DNA of 64,000 nt from a virus (Duplodnaviria > Caudoviricetes): positions 1 to 64,000 of the IMG/VR virus record IMGVR_UViG_2974521131_000001. One strand, written 5' to 3'. The translations under genes and the position numbers were made by a program. Shown in pieces: positions 8,672 through 18,400 of the stretch. The stretch's first letter is position 1. Each line of letters starts with the position of its first letter. The notes under the pieces are model-generated. The model did no database searches and was not told where the DNA came from. It saw nothing but the letters and a program-made list of their open reading frames with translations.

Positions 8672-9846
8672 TGACCCAGCCCCAGGAGCAGAAGGGGCTG
8701 CGGGCACTTGAGGCGTACATCGCGTACCGCACGTTGCAGCATCGCGATGACCAGGAGTCCATCGCAGCCTGGATGACCAAGAAGATCGTTCCGCTGTGGG
8801 ATCTGGTCGACTTCAACGAGCTGGACAAGACCACGATTGTGTGGGCGGAAGCTGTTCTGCCGCACATCAAGACGGCCTATCTGCAGTCGCAGCGCACCGC
8901 TGCCGTGTGGGCTGAGGATGTCCGCTACGCGTCCCAGGCCCTCGAGCCTCCGATGCCGATGGAGATCCCCGATGTGGAGCGCCCCGAGGGTGTTCCCGAG
9001 GTCCGCTTCAGCAAGCAGTTCGTCCCGTCGTCACTGACCGATCCACTGTTCCAGCAGGCCGTTGAGGCTCTACCGGACAACGTGATCGACATGCAGGACT
9101 GGCAGGAGATCGCCACGTTCGACCCGTTCCCAGCGGGGGATGTGGCGACTTCCCTGGTGGTCAAGGGGAACTACGAGATCAAGAAGCAGATGCCAGGCCC
9201 TGAGCCTGAGCTGATGCGCAGCGGGCTGTCGAACAGTACGGGGGCTGCGGTTCGGCAGGCGATGAACGGTGGGCGCAATGTCACCGGCAACGTCTTGAAG
9301 TTCGACCGAAAGGTGATCGGGTACGCCCGCGTCACCGACGGCAACCCCTGCTTCTACTGCGCCCTACTGGCAAGTCGCGGAGCGGTTTTCACGAAGGACT
9401 CCTTCAACAAGGGTGGCCGGAAGCGATTCGACGGCGTCCTCACTAAGTCGGACAAGGACTTCCTGCCGCCGAAGGACGGTCCTGAGCTACCCGAGAAGTT
9501 CTCGAATGTGGCGAAGGTTCATGACTACTGCCGATGCCAGCTGCGTCCCGTGTACGCGAACGAAGCTACTTTCGCCCGTCGCAATGGCGAGGCGCACCGT
9601 GACGAAGAGGCCCAGTTCTACTTCGACCAGTGGGAGCAAGTAACCCGCGATTACTACTGGCTGTCGAACCAGGAACAGATCCTGAAGTTCAAGGAGCAGT
9701 ACCAGCCATACGAGCGAAAGTCCGCTGCCGTCACCGATATTCGGCGCGAACTGCAGGCCAGGGATGACGCCCTGTCTGCATCCGGCCTAGCCCCGTTCTC
9801 ACCTCAGCGTGAGTGGGCGAAGGCCCAGCTATCACAACTGGCTTGA
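8671..9846 (+). CDS. MuF-like head morphogenesis / capsid maturation protein
   Basis: GYARVTDGNPCFYCALLASRG...HDYCRC motif; position after portal. Confidence 0.75.
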   Translation: MTQPQEQKGLRALEAYIAYRTLQHRDDQESIAAWMTKKIVPLWDLVDFNELDKTTIVWAEAVLPHIKTAYLQSQRTAAVWAEDVRYASQALEPPMPMEIPDVERPEGVPEVRFSKQFVPSSLTDPLFQQAVEALPDNVIDMQDWQEIATFDPFPAGDVATSLVVKGNYEIKKQMPGPEPELMRSGLSNSTGAAVRQAMNGGRNVTGNVLKFDRKVIGYARVTDGNPCFYCALLASRGAVFTKDSFNKGGRKRFDGVLTKSDKDFLPPKDGPELPEKFSNVAKVHDYCRCQLRPVYANEATFARRNGEAHRDEEAQFYFDQWEQVTRDYYWLSNQEQILKFKEQYQPYERKSAAVTDIRRELQARDDALSASGLAPFSPQREWAKAQLSQLA

Positions 9847-9897
9847 GGCCAGGCGGCGTAACGAACAGCCGAGAATTGTTCGGAGAGAAGAGAAATC

Positions 9898-10575
9898 ATG
9901 ACCCAGCCCGTCGATGGTGGAGCAGTCACCCCGAATCCAGCCGCTGAAGGTGGCGACGGTGGAGACAACGACGAGGCGATCACCCCGCCTGCAGCAAACA
10001 CCTGGTGGCAGTTCGAGAACCAGGAAGCTGCTGAGGAGTGGGCGAATAACCTGGTAACCAAGCGTCTTTCGCGGGTCCAGAAGACGAAGGTCGATCCTCT
10101 GGAGCAAACCCGTGCTACACTTGAGGCAGAAGTTGCTCGTCTCAAGCCTTTCGAAGAGGCTGCGATGACGGATGCCGAGAAGCGTGACGCCCGTGAGGCC
10201 GCTCTCTCGGAGGAGCTGGATTCCCTGAAGGCCTTCAAGGCTGGGATCGAGCGCCAGCAGCTGGTGACCGAGATTCTCGGCGAGGTTGGGATCGATCCCA
10301 AGTACGCCAAGTTCATTTCGACCGACGGTGATGCGGATGCGATCCGCGCAAGTGCCGAAGAGCTACTCAACGTCCTGAGTGAGGACGGTCAGAACGCCGG
10401 AAAGCGTACTCCAAAGCCGAAGGCCCCCAAGGCAGATGATGCCGACGCGGGTGCTGGCAAGGGACGTGGCAATGGTGGTGGCGGTAACGGGGACGAGTCC
10501 GATGAGGCTCTCATCGCTTCGATTCTCGAGGCTACCGCGAAGACCCGAAGCAACGGCGGAATCCGCTTCAGCTGA
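9898..10575 (+). CDS. Capsid scaffolding protein
   Basis: Acidic, coiled-coil, immediately upstream of the major capsid gene. Confidence 0.8.
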   Translation: MTQPVDGGAVTPNPAAEGGDGGDNDEAITPPAANTWWQFENQEAAEEWANNLVTKRLSRVQKTKVDPLEQTRATLEAEVARLKPFEEAAMTDAEKRDAREAALSEELDSLKAFKAGIERQQLVTEILGEVGIDPKYAKFISTDGDADAIRASAEELLNVLSEDGQNAGKRTPKPKAPKADDADAGAGKGRGNGGGGNGDESDEALIASILEATAKTRSNGGIRFS

Positions 10576-10622
10576 ACGGGTCTCGACCCTCTCACATTCT
10601 ATCGATTAAGGATTAACTGACG

Positions 10623-11789
10623 ATGGCAAATGCCTTCATCAAGCCTCCGGTAATCATCGCGAGCATCCTTGGACAGCTGCAGCACGAGCTGGTTCTGCCG
10701 AACTACGTGTTCAAGAACGGCTACGGCGATGTGGCGCACAAGTTCAACGACACCATCACCATTCGCATTCCGGTGCCGACCATCGCTCACACTCGTGGTC
10801 TTCGCGCCACTGGTGCTGCGCGAAACATGATCGCGAGTGACCTGACTGAGGTCACTGTCGACATCAAGCTCACCGATGTGATCTACAACCGCATCGACCT
10901 GACCGACGAAGAGCGTGAGCTGGACGTGCGTTCGTTCGCCGTCGATGTTCTGCCTCGCCAGGTGCGTGCAGTTGCAGAGCAGATCGAGGACGCGGTGTCG
11001 TACCTGATCACCAAGGCTCCGTACGAGAAGGTGTCGCAGGTTGCCGAGGACGGCATCTGGAACGGCGTGATCTCGAACCGCCGCTTCCTGAACGAGCAGA
11101 AGGTTCCGAAGGATGGACGCGTGCTGCTGGTCGGCTCCGCTGTCGAGGAGGCCTTGCTGCTGGATGACCGCTTCGTGCGCTACGACTCGGCTGGCGAGGC
11201 CGGTGCAAGCCGCCTGCAGACTGCCCGTATTGGCCGTCTGGCCCAGTACGACGTGGTGACCATCGACACGCTGCCTCACGGTGACGCGTACCTGTCGCAC
11301 CCCACTGCCTACGCGATGCTGACTCGCTCGCCTGGCCGTCCGATGACCAACACTGTCGCAACGTCGACTGTGGCCACCGAGAACGGTGTGCAGCTGCGCT
11401 GGCTGGGCGACTACGACGCCACCGCCACCACTGAGCGTTCCATCGTGGACACCTGGATCGGTGTGAAGGCCGTTCTGGATCCCGTGACCGCCAACCTGGA
11501 CGACGACCCTCGCTTCGTGCGTGGAACCCGTCTGCACCTGAAGGCGACCAGCGCTGAGCTGACTGGACCTGCCACCCTCGCGGGTGCTGGTGCCACTGCC
11601 CAGCTGGAGCTGGAGGACAACAACGGCGACAACCGCGCCGGGGATCCTCTGGTGACCTGGTCCAGCTCGGACGACACCAAGGTGAAGGTCGACGCCAACG
11701 GCAAGATCTCGCGCATCGCTGCGGGTACCGCCACCATCACCGCTCTGGTCGACGGTCTGACCAAGACCCTCGCTGTTACCGCTTCCTGA
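10623..11789 (+). CDS. Major capsid protein with C-terminal Ig-like (BIG2-type) domain
   Basis: MANAFIKP...; very high codon bias; C-terminal VTWSSSD...VDANG...AGTATITA. Confidence 0.9.
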   Translation: MANAFIKPPVIIASILGQLQHELVLPNYVFKNGYGDVAHKFNDTITIRIPVPTIAHTRGLRATGAARNMIASDLTEVTVDIKLTDVIYNRIDLTDEERELDVRSFAVDVLPRQVRAVAEQIEDAVSYLITKAPYEKVSQVAEDGIWNGVISNRRFLNEQKVPKDGRVLLVGSAVEEALLLDDRFVRYDSAGEAGASRLQTARIGRLAQYDVVTIDTLPHGDAYLSHPTAYAMLTRSPGRPMTNTVATSTVATENGVQLRWLGDYDATATTERSIVDTWIGVKAVLDPVTANLDDDPRFVRGTRLHLKATSAELTGPATLAGAGATAQLELEDNNGDNRAGDPLVTWSSSDDTKVKVDANGKISRIAAGTATITALVDGLTKTLAVTAS

Positions 11790-11801
11790 TCGGAGACCTC
11801 A

Positions 11802-12284
11802 GTGGCAGATAGTGCCGACCAGCTCGCCACTGTCGCTGAGCTAGAAATCTGGATGGGCGCGTCCTTCGATGCGGAGGACGTTGCCCGTGCAGAGTTCATT
11901 CTCCGTGTGGGCAGTGGCTGGGCTCGTCAGATCTCGGGAAAGCTATGGCCGAACCGAGACGCATCTGACTTCCCAGTCACTGTGCGGGGCATCATCCTTG
12001 GTGCTTCTCGACGTGAGTTTGAGAACCCTCGCCGCGTCGTATACGAGGTCAAGGGTCCAGAGTCCGCGACCTACCACAACCAGCAGTACGCTCCCGGCTT
12101 CTTCAGTGCAGCCGAGGAGAAGTTCCTCAAGCGGTTCCGCCCAGGCGGGGGACTGTTCTCAGTCGCCACCTACCGCGATGATCCGGTGTTCGCTCTCGGA
12201 TACATCGGTATGGGCAATGGTTGCAAGCCGCTTCCATATCTGAATCCCGGCGATCCTGGCTGGGAGGAAGCAGATCACCTGTGA
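11802..12284 (+). CDS. Head-to-tail adaptor
   Basis: LATVAELE...NP...E..GP motif; synteny. Confidence 0.75.
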   Translation: MADSADQLATVAELEIWMGASFDAEDVARAEFILRVGSGWARQISGKLWPNRDASDFPVTVRGIILGASRREFENPRRVVYEVKGPESATYHNQQYAPGFFSAAEEKFLKRFRPGGGLFSVATYRDDPVFALGYIGMGNGCKPLPYLNPGDPGWEEADHL

Positions 12285-12652
12285 TGCCGCGTGGACGCCC
12301 TGGTCGTGTGTACCGGGTGCCGCAGCGCAACGAGCACGGTGATCCGATTGACTCCGACGGCAACATAATCCGCGTTGGCAAGCTCGGAACTGAACTCGGC
12401 GAAGTCAAGGGAATCATCATGGGTGGCCTCAGTGCCAGCCCTTCCCTCGCTCGCCAGGAATCCTCGAACACCTCAGGGCAGATCGGGATTCCGAACAAGA
12501 ACTTAATCAAGGTGCAGTTCGGTGACCGCATTGTCATCGACGGCGTGGTGTACAAGGTAACCTCCGCTCCCCGTTGGGATTACGAGAACTCCATGTCAGG
12601 CACCAAGCCTCAGTACCACTGGGTACAGGTGGACGGAACCGTTGACGGATGA
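12284..12652 (+). CDS. Head-to-tail stopper
   Basis: TGATG overlap; GDRIVIDGVVYKV motif. Confidence 0.7.
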   Translation: MPRGRPGRVYRVPQRNEHGDPIDSDGNIIRVGKLGTELGEVKGIIMGGLSASPSLARQESSNTSGQIGIPNKNLIKVQFGDRIVIDGVVYKVTSAPRWDYENSMSGTKPQYHWVQVDGTVDG

Positions 12653-13055
12653 GCGGGCGTATCTAGAGCCCAACCTGTATGGGCCAGCCGGTGGCCCCGG
12701 TATCGCGTTCTTCTATAAGGAATCGAACCCGGCATTCGCCGAGATCCTGATGAGTACCAGGGTCCAGACGATCACTGCCGAGTGGACCGCGCTGGTGATG
12801 TCGACGTACATCAACCGGATCGCTCCTCGAAGTGACGCGAGTTCCCCTGATTCCCTGGCCGGTTCGGTTCGAGCAGAGGTGTTCGTAGGCGGATTCAAGG
12901 GAGATCGCTGGGTAGGCGAGATCTCGGTGGAGTCCCCGTACGCCGCTGCCGACGAGTTCGGTCGCCACAGTCCTGCTGAGGGACAGAACAACTCGACTTA
13001 CGAGGGTTCGCACGATCTGCGCGAATCGCTCTATCAGCACCTTCGACCCATCTAG
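12642..13055 (+). CDS. Neck / tail completion protein (putative)
   Basis: Synteny; LAGSVRAEV...YAAADEFG. Confidence 0.55.
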   Translation: MTDERAYLEPNLYGPAGGPGIAFFYKESNPAFAEILMSTRVQTITAEWTALVMSTYINRIAPRSDASSPDSLAGSVRAEVFVGGFKGDRWVGEISVESPYAAADEFGRHSPAEGQNNSTYEGSHDLRESLYQHLRPI

Positions 13056-13063
13056 GAATTCCC

Positions 13064-13576
13064 TTGTCCGACATGTTGGAGCTTCCTGAGTGGTACGAGG
13101 GAGGCTTCACCGACGCGGAGCAGCTCGTGATGAGCTACTTCAAGCGGATCCTCGGTAACAGGGTGTACCTGTGTACGTGGCTCCCCAAGGGGCACTACAC
13201 ATTGTCTCCCGGCGAGGAAGTTGGAGGCACGCAGCCTACTCTGCGGATTTGGCGGCAGCCAGGCAAGTTCGATCCCGATCTCCGTCGGGACCAGGCCCTG
13301 GTACAGCTGGCCGCGATCACACCGACTCGTGCTGAGTCTTGGAAGCTCGTCACGTTCGTGCGCCGAATGATGGAACACGATGTGTGCGTTGGCTATCCGG
13401 TCGAGATGCCGGATGGCGAAACCACTTCCATGGCTGGCTCCGAGGAGTGGCTAGGTCCGCAGCTCATCCCAGAGCAAATGGTGGACGAGAAGTTCATTCC
13501 CGTCACCTTCAAGATCGGCGTTCGAGAACCTTTCGACCTTCCGAACTATCGCAAGATCTTGAATTCACTTCCGTAA
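13064..13576 (+). CDS. Tail terminator
   Basis: DAEQLV...WLP motif; immediately before major tail gene. Confidence 0.7.
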   Translation: MSDMLELPEWYEGGFTDAEQLVMSYFKRILGNRVYLCTWLPKGHYTLSPGEEVGGTQPTLRIWRQPGKFDPDLRRDQALVQLAAITPTRAESWKLVTFVRRMMEHDVCVGYPVEMPDGETTSMAGSEEWLGPQLIPEQMVDEKFIPVTFKIGVREPFDLPNYRKILNSLP

Positions 13577-13595
13577 CTAAGGATTTCATCAAGCC

Positions 13596-14495
13596 ATGGC
13601 TGATTTTGAGACCATTCGCGATGCCCACAACGACCTGGTACTCGCTCACCTTCACTTCGCGATCCTGTTCGACTCGACCGACAACGATGCGGTAGAGACC
13701 CTTGAGGACACCGTCACTGGTGACCTGGTGGTTCCGGTTACCGCCGAGTCGGCTGGTGTCATCGAGAAGCAGGCTGGCGTATCGCTGACCCACGACATCG
13801 ATTCGAAGGACATCGACGGCTACGGTGACGCTGAGCCCGTCCGTACGATCATCTCCAAGCGCGTCGTGCAGTTCCAGGCGAACTTCCTGGAGACCAACAA
13901 GGTTGTGCTGGAGAAGTTCTGGGGAACTGTCTTCGATGAGACCAACCTCGAGGTCTCGGCGCACGGTGGTGTGACCTTCAAGGCACCGACCCTGCCGAAG
14001 AACGTCTTCTACCGCGCCTACCTGGTGGCGACCGATGACGTGAACGGCGAGGATCTGTTCGCCTACTACATCATGCCTCGCGTCAAGCTGGTCAAGGTTG
14101 ACAGCCAGACTTCGCAGGACGACGGCGCTGTCTCGTACAACATGACCTTCCAGGCCTTCAAGGACTCGACTCTCGGGTTCGCGGTTCTGCAGGGTTGGTG
14201 TGGCCCAGGCTGGCTGCGTCTGGTCGACAAGACCGGCTTCGTGGCTCCGATCACCGCGCTGGAGGCCACTTCGGCTGACACCGCTCTGCAGGTCGGCGAC
14301 GACGCGCAGATCGTGGTGACCGGCTCGAACGGCATCAACTACACGCCAATCGTGAAGTACACGGTGACCACTGGCCCCGACAAGGTTTCGGTGGCCAAGG
14401 ACGGCACTGTGACCGCGCTGGCAGCTGGTACCGCGACCGTGACCGCGACTTACCAGGGCAAGACCGCGACCGTGACGTTCACCGTCACTGTCTGA
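13596..14495 (+). CDS. Major tail protein with C-terminal Ig-like domain
   Basis: High codon bias; C-terminal VSVAKDGTVTALAAGTATVTA. Confidence 0.9.
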   Translation: MADFETIRDAHNDLVLAHLHFAILFDSTDNDAVETLEDTVTGDLVVPVTAESAGVIEKQAGVSLTHDIDSKDIDGYGDAEPVRTIISKRVVQFQANFLETNKVVLEKFWGTVFDETNLEVSAHGGVTFKAPTLPKNVFYRAYLVATDDVNGEDLFAYYIMPRVKLVKVDSQTSQDDGAVSYNMTFQAFKDSTLGFAVLQGWCGPGWLRLVDKTGFVAPITALEATSADTALQVGDDAQIVVTGSNGINYTPIVKYTVTTGPDKVSVAKDGTVTALAAGTATVTATYQGKTATVTFTVTV

Positions 14496-14508
14496 TCCCT
14501 CTCGTGAT

Positions 14509-14549
14509 AGCCCCGGCTCCCCGACTTCGGTTGGGGGGCTGGGGTTTCC
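14509..14549 (+). terminator. Stem-loop terminator after major tail gene
   Basis: Long GC stem with TTCG loop, short T run. Confidence 0.6.
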
Positions 14550-14581
14550 ACCTGTAGCCATCGATTAAGGAGCAGAATCAT

Positions 14582-14929
14582 ATGGCGACTACCCGCACCA
14601 GCAAGGCAGCAGCACAGGCCGAGGATGCAGCCGAGGAGGCTGTGGATGAGGTTTGGCTGAAGCTGCAGACCGAGAACCACATTCCGCCGATTGTCATCAA
14701 GGCACCCGGCCACGATGTGTTGACCCTCGTTGAGCCGACGAAGGATCAGATCGACGCCTGGCGCAACGCCAAGGATGTCGAGGCAGGCGAGCGTGCCCTG
14801 TTCGGGGACCAGTTCGACCTGGTTCACGAGATCTTCGACAACAAGCCGGTCCACATCTGGGAGAACTTCAACGTGATGTACCTGAAGCACATGTTCGGTA
14901 CCACGGGGGATGACGACCTAAAAGGCTGA
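14582..14929 (+). CDS. Tail assembly chaperone (short form)
   Basis: Between major tail and tape measure genes; AGGAG RBS. Confidence 0.85.
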   Translation: MATTRTSKAAAQAEDAAEEAVDEVWLKLQTENHIPPIVIKAPGHDVLTLVEPTKDQIDAWRNAKDVEAGERALFGDQFDLVHEIFDNKPVHIWENFNVMYLKHMFGTTGDDDLKG

Positions 14930-15426
14930 GGGAGATCGTTGATCGCTACTGGTCGGCGATCTGCTGGGATTGCCAGCATCTCCTGAACTTCTCCGCAAAC
15001 GAGTACTTCCAGTGGGAGCACGTCGGTCCTAAGGCCGACGGCTCGCCCTGGTGGCAGCGCAAGCGTCCGATGGACGAGCTGCTCGGGTACTTCGACACCC
15101 TGATGAATATCTCGGGGACCATGACCAATGAAGCTGTCCTCCTAGACCCACAAACTATCGAGTGGATGGGGTCACGCAAGGACTCTGACGATGGTCCGCA
15201 CAAGGTCCGAATCTTCGGACACACCGAATTGGTCTCTCTCATCAAGAATTTGATCGAGTTGCAGACCGGCAAGCAGCTGCCGCGCCCTGTCATTCCTGGG
15301 CTCGCTCTTCGCTTGCAGCGGAAGATCATCAAGACCCACGACGCCGTCGCGAAGGCCCAGGATCGGGCTCGCAAGAACGCAGAGCGTATCCAGCGTCGTC
15401 GGGAAAAGTCAGCTACGAAGGACTAA
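14582..15426 (+). CDS. Tail assembly chaperone, -1 frameshift form (slip near 14918-14923)
   Basis: The -1 frame is open from 14914 to 15426 (KRLREIVDRYWSAICWD...). Confidence 0.75.
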
Positions 15427-15429
15427 TTC

Positions 15430-18400
15430 ATGGCCAAGGCCCTTGCGGGCGAGGCCGCGATCCGCATTGTTCCCACCCTCCGTGGGTTCAAGCCTGAGGC
15501 GGATCGCCGTCTCCGCGAGATGACATTCAACCCCGTTGAGGTTCGGATCGATCCCGACCTCAAGCGGGCCACTGCGCAGATGACTGCATGGCGTGAGCGC
15601 CAGCGTCTCAACGCAATCAACGTGCCGGTCAAGGCGGACTTCAAGGACGCCCAGAAGAGCCTCGCTCTCTTCACTCGTGAGATCACGACCGTCGAGCACG
15701 TCTTCAAGCGCTCGTCGCTTTCTAAGGCTATTCGCCTCAACGTCAAGGTATTTGGGCTCGATGCCCTGCCCGCACTGGCCTACGCTGCCGGTAGCGCGAC
15801 TACCGCCATTGATGCTCTGGGCAAGTCTCTCTTCCTCCTTCCTGGTCTAGTCGGCGGTGCCATGGCATCGGTCGGCGCTTTTGCCATTGGCATGCGCGGA
15901 ATCTCGGACGCGTTCAAGGCGTACGGCGAGGAGACCAAGAACTCGGCGCAGCACACTCGTGATGTCGCTGACGCCAACCGCCAGATCCAGCGGTCGTACC
16001 GTGACTACCGTTCGGCTGTCCGCGACACTGTGCGCGAGATCCAGGATCTGAACGCGGAGAACCGTCGCTCGAGCCTGAATGTGGCCGACGCCGTGCTGGG
16101 TGTGCAGGAGGCTGCCGACAAGCTCCGCAAGGGTGGCCAGAACACTCTGCTGGAGTACCGCCGCGACCAGCTGTCGTACGCCCAGGCCGTGGAGCGTCTC
16201 CAGGAGGTCCGCACCAAGGCTGCCCGCACATCGGAGGATGTCGCCGAGGCGAACGCCAAGGGTGTGGACGGTGCCGACCGTGTGGTCGACGCCCTGGACG
16301 CGATCCGTGACGCCACTGAGCGTCTCGACAAGACGAACACGTCGAAGGTCGCTGACGAGCTGGCCAAGCTGGCTCCGAACGCCGCGAAGGCAGTTGAGGC
16401 TGCCCACAGCCTGAGTGGCGCGTGGACGAAGCTGCAGCAGAGTGTCCAGAACAACCTGTGGGATGGGATCGATAAGACCATCCTGGATCTCGGCCAGAAG
16501 ACTTTGCCTGGCTTGGAGATTGGGCTTTCCCGTGTCGCGTCGGGTCTGAACGCGAACTTCCGCTCCATCGGTGAGTCGTTGGGCCAGAAGGAGAACGGCG
16601 ACCTGATGGGTCGCATCTTCGGCAACACTGGCGCTGCCCTGGACCGTCTGTCGGCGGGTATGGATCCGTTGATCAACGGCATCCTCCGCTTGACGAAGGA
16701 GGGCACCGACTTCCTGCCGCGTCTAGGTGACGCTGCCGCAAAGGTTTTCGGTCGCTTCGATGCGTGGACTGAGCGCATCTCCAAGGATGGCTCGCTCGAC
16801 AAGTGGATCGATGATGGCCTGAATGCCCTGACTGATCTGGGCAATGCCGCTGCGAACATCGGCTCGATCATCTCGTCGGTGGCCGATGCGTTCACTCGTT
16901 CGGGTGGACCTCAGGGCGGTCTGATCTCGACCCTGCGCACCGCGACCGAGGATCTCGCGAACTTCCTGAAGTCGGCTGACGGCAAGCAGAAGCTGATCGA
17001 CTACTTCGACCGTGCGCGTGAGCTGATCGGCAAGATCAAGGACGCCATCAAGGACATGCGTCCGTTCATCAGTGACGCCGTCGATGTGGCGCGTGACTGG
17101 TCGGTTGTCCTGCTGGGTGCTGCTGGTGCGCTGCTCAAGATCGGCAAGGCCATTGAGGACCACACCGGCCTGCTGAAGGTGATGCTCGGCGGCTACCTGC
17201 TGCTGCGTACCACCAAGCCGATCTTCGACATGCTGACCGGTGGCTGGAAGCTCTACACCAAGGCTGTTCTGCTGGCATCGGAGACCACGATGCTGTCGGC
17301 CATCCCTGGCATCAAGGGCGCTGCTGACGGTATCCGCAAGTTCCGTGGCGAGGTTGACGAGGCTGGGGACGCTCAGGTAGCTGCCGCCGACAAGGCGAAG
17401 AAGGCTGCCGCTGGCCAGGCCACTGCCACCGTATCTTCGAATGCTTCTCTGGCTGCTGCTGTTCAGCGTCAGGTCACTGCGTACGACAACCTCGGTAACC
17501 GCATTGAGGCTGCCACCACGAAGGTGGGCAACCTGCAGCGTGCGACCAGCCAGCTGTCGGCCACTCCTATCGGCTCGATGGCGTCGACTGTCTCCGCACG
17601 CGGGGATGAGGCTGCTCGTCGTGAGGCCGCTGGATTCGGCCTGGGTACGGGAACTCTCCGTGAGCGCCTGGACCGTGCGAACGCAAGCTACGCGGCCCGT
17701 CAGGCTGCTCGTGGTGTCTCGAACGAGACGCTGGGTACTGACCGCAGTGGTCAGGCGATGCAGCAGGCGTTCATGGCCCAGTGGGGTGCTCAGAATGACC
17801 GTGCTCGCCTAACGAGCGGTGGTCCTGTCGGCGGGGATCTCGCTGCAGCTCGCCGTCTCAGTGCCGACCTGGCGAACCAGCGTGAGGCTGGCAGCGCCCA
17901 GGCCCTGCTGAAGAAGTGGGAGTCGGAGCGCAACCGCGCTGGAATTGGACTCTCGCCGGTACCGCTGCCTCAGCGTCTTGAGAACGCTCGGGATGTCGCG
18001 GCGATTCGTCGTGCCTTCGCCCAGCCTGCCGAGTACCGCAGCCGTGGATTCGATCCGGCCATGCGTGGTGCCAACCTGGCACCGTGGCGCGGTGGTGGGT
18101 CGCTCGTCCAGCCAGAGACCACTCCGACTACGGGGAGCCGCTGGCAGGGGCCTCTGACCGCTGCACCGAAGGGCTCCACCAGCTACAGCAAGTTCTTCGA
18201 GGTCAAGTCCTCGGGAATGGGTGCGATGCAGGGGCCTGCCCTGCCTCCTGGCTTCGCTGGGGTTGGACCGACTGATCTGAGGTCGGGTTCACGCCTTGGT
18301 CCTATGCAGGGACCGCAGCTGTCGGCGGGAATGCTCCAGGCGCTGAGCCGTGAGGCTCGTCAGGCTGGACCGCCTATCGCCACACTCGGGCAGAACGCGA

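Noticed and set aside
7619-8707. Long antisense ORFs (also 10599-11537, 13509-14561, 40412-41452, 46675-47967, and 37392-38279 on plus)
   Set aside because: Shadow frames of high-GC3 genes on the opposite strand; no RBS or recognisable motifs
14905-14913. GGGGGA as the tail chaperone slippery site
   Set aside because: The -1 frame hits TGA at 14911
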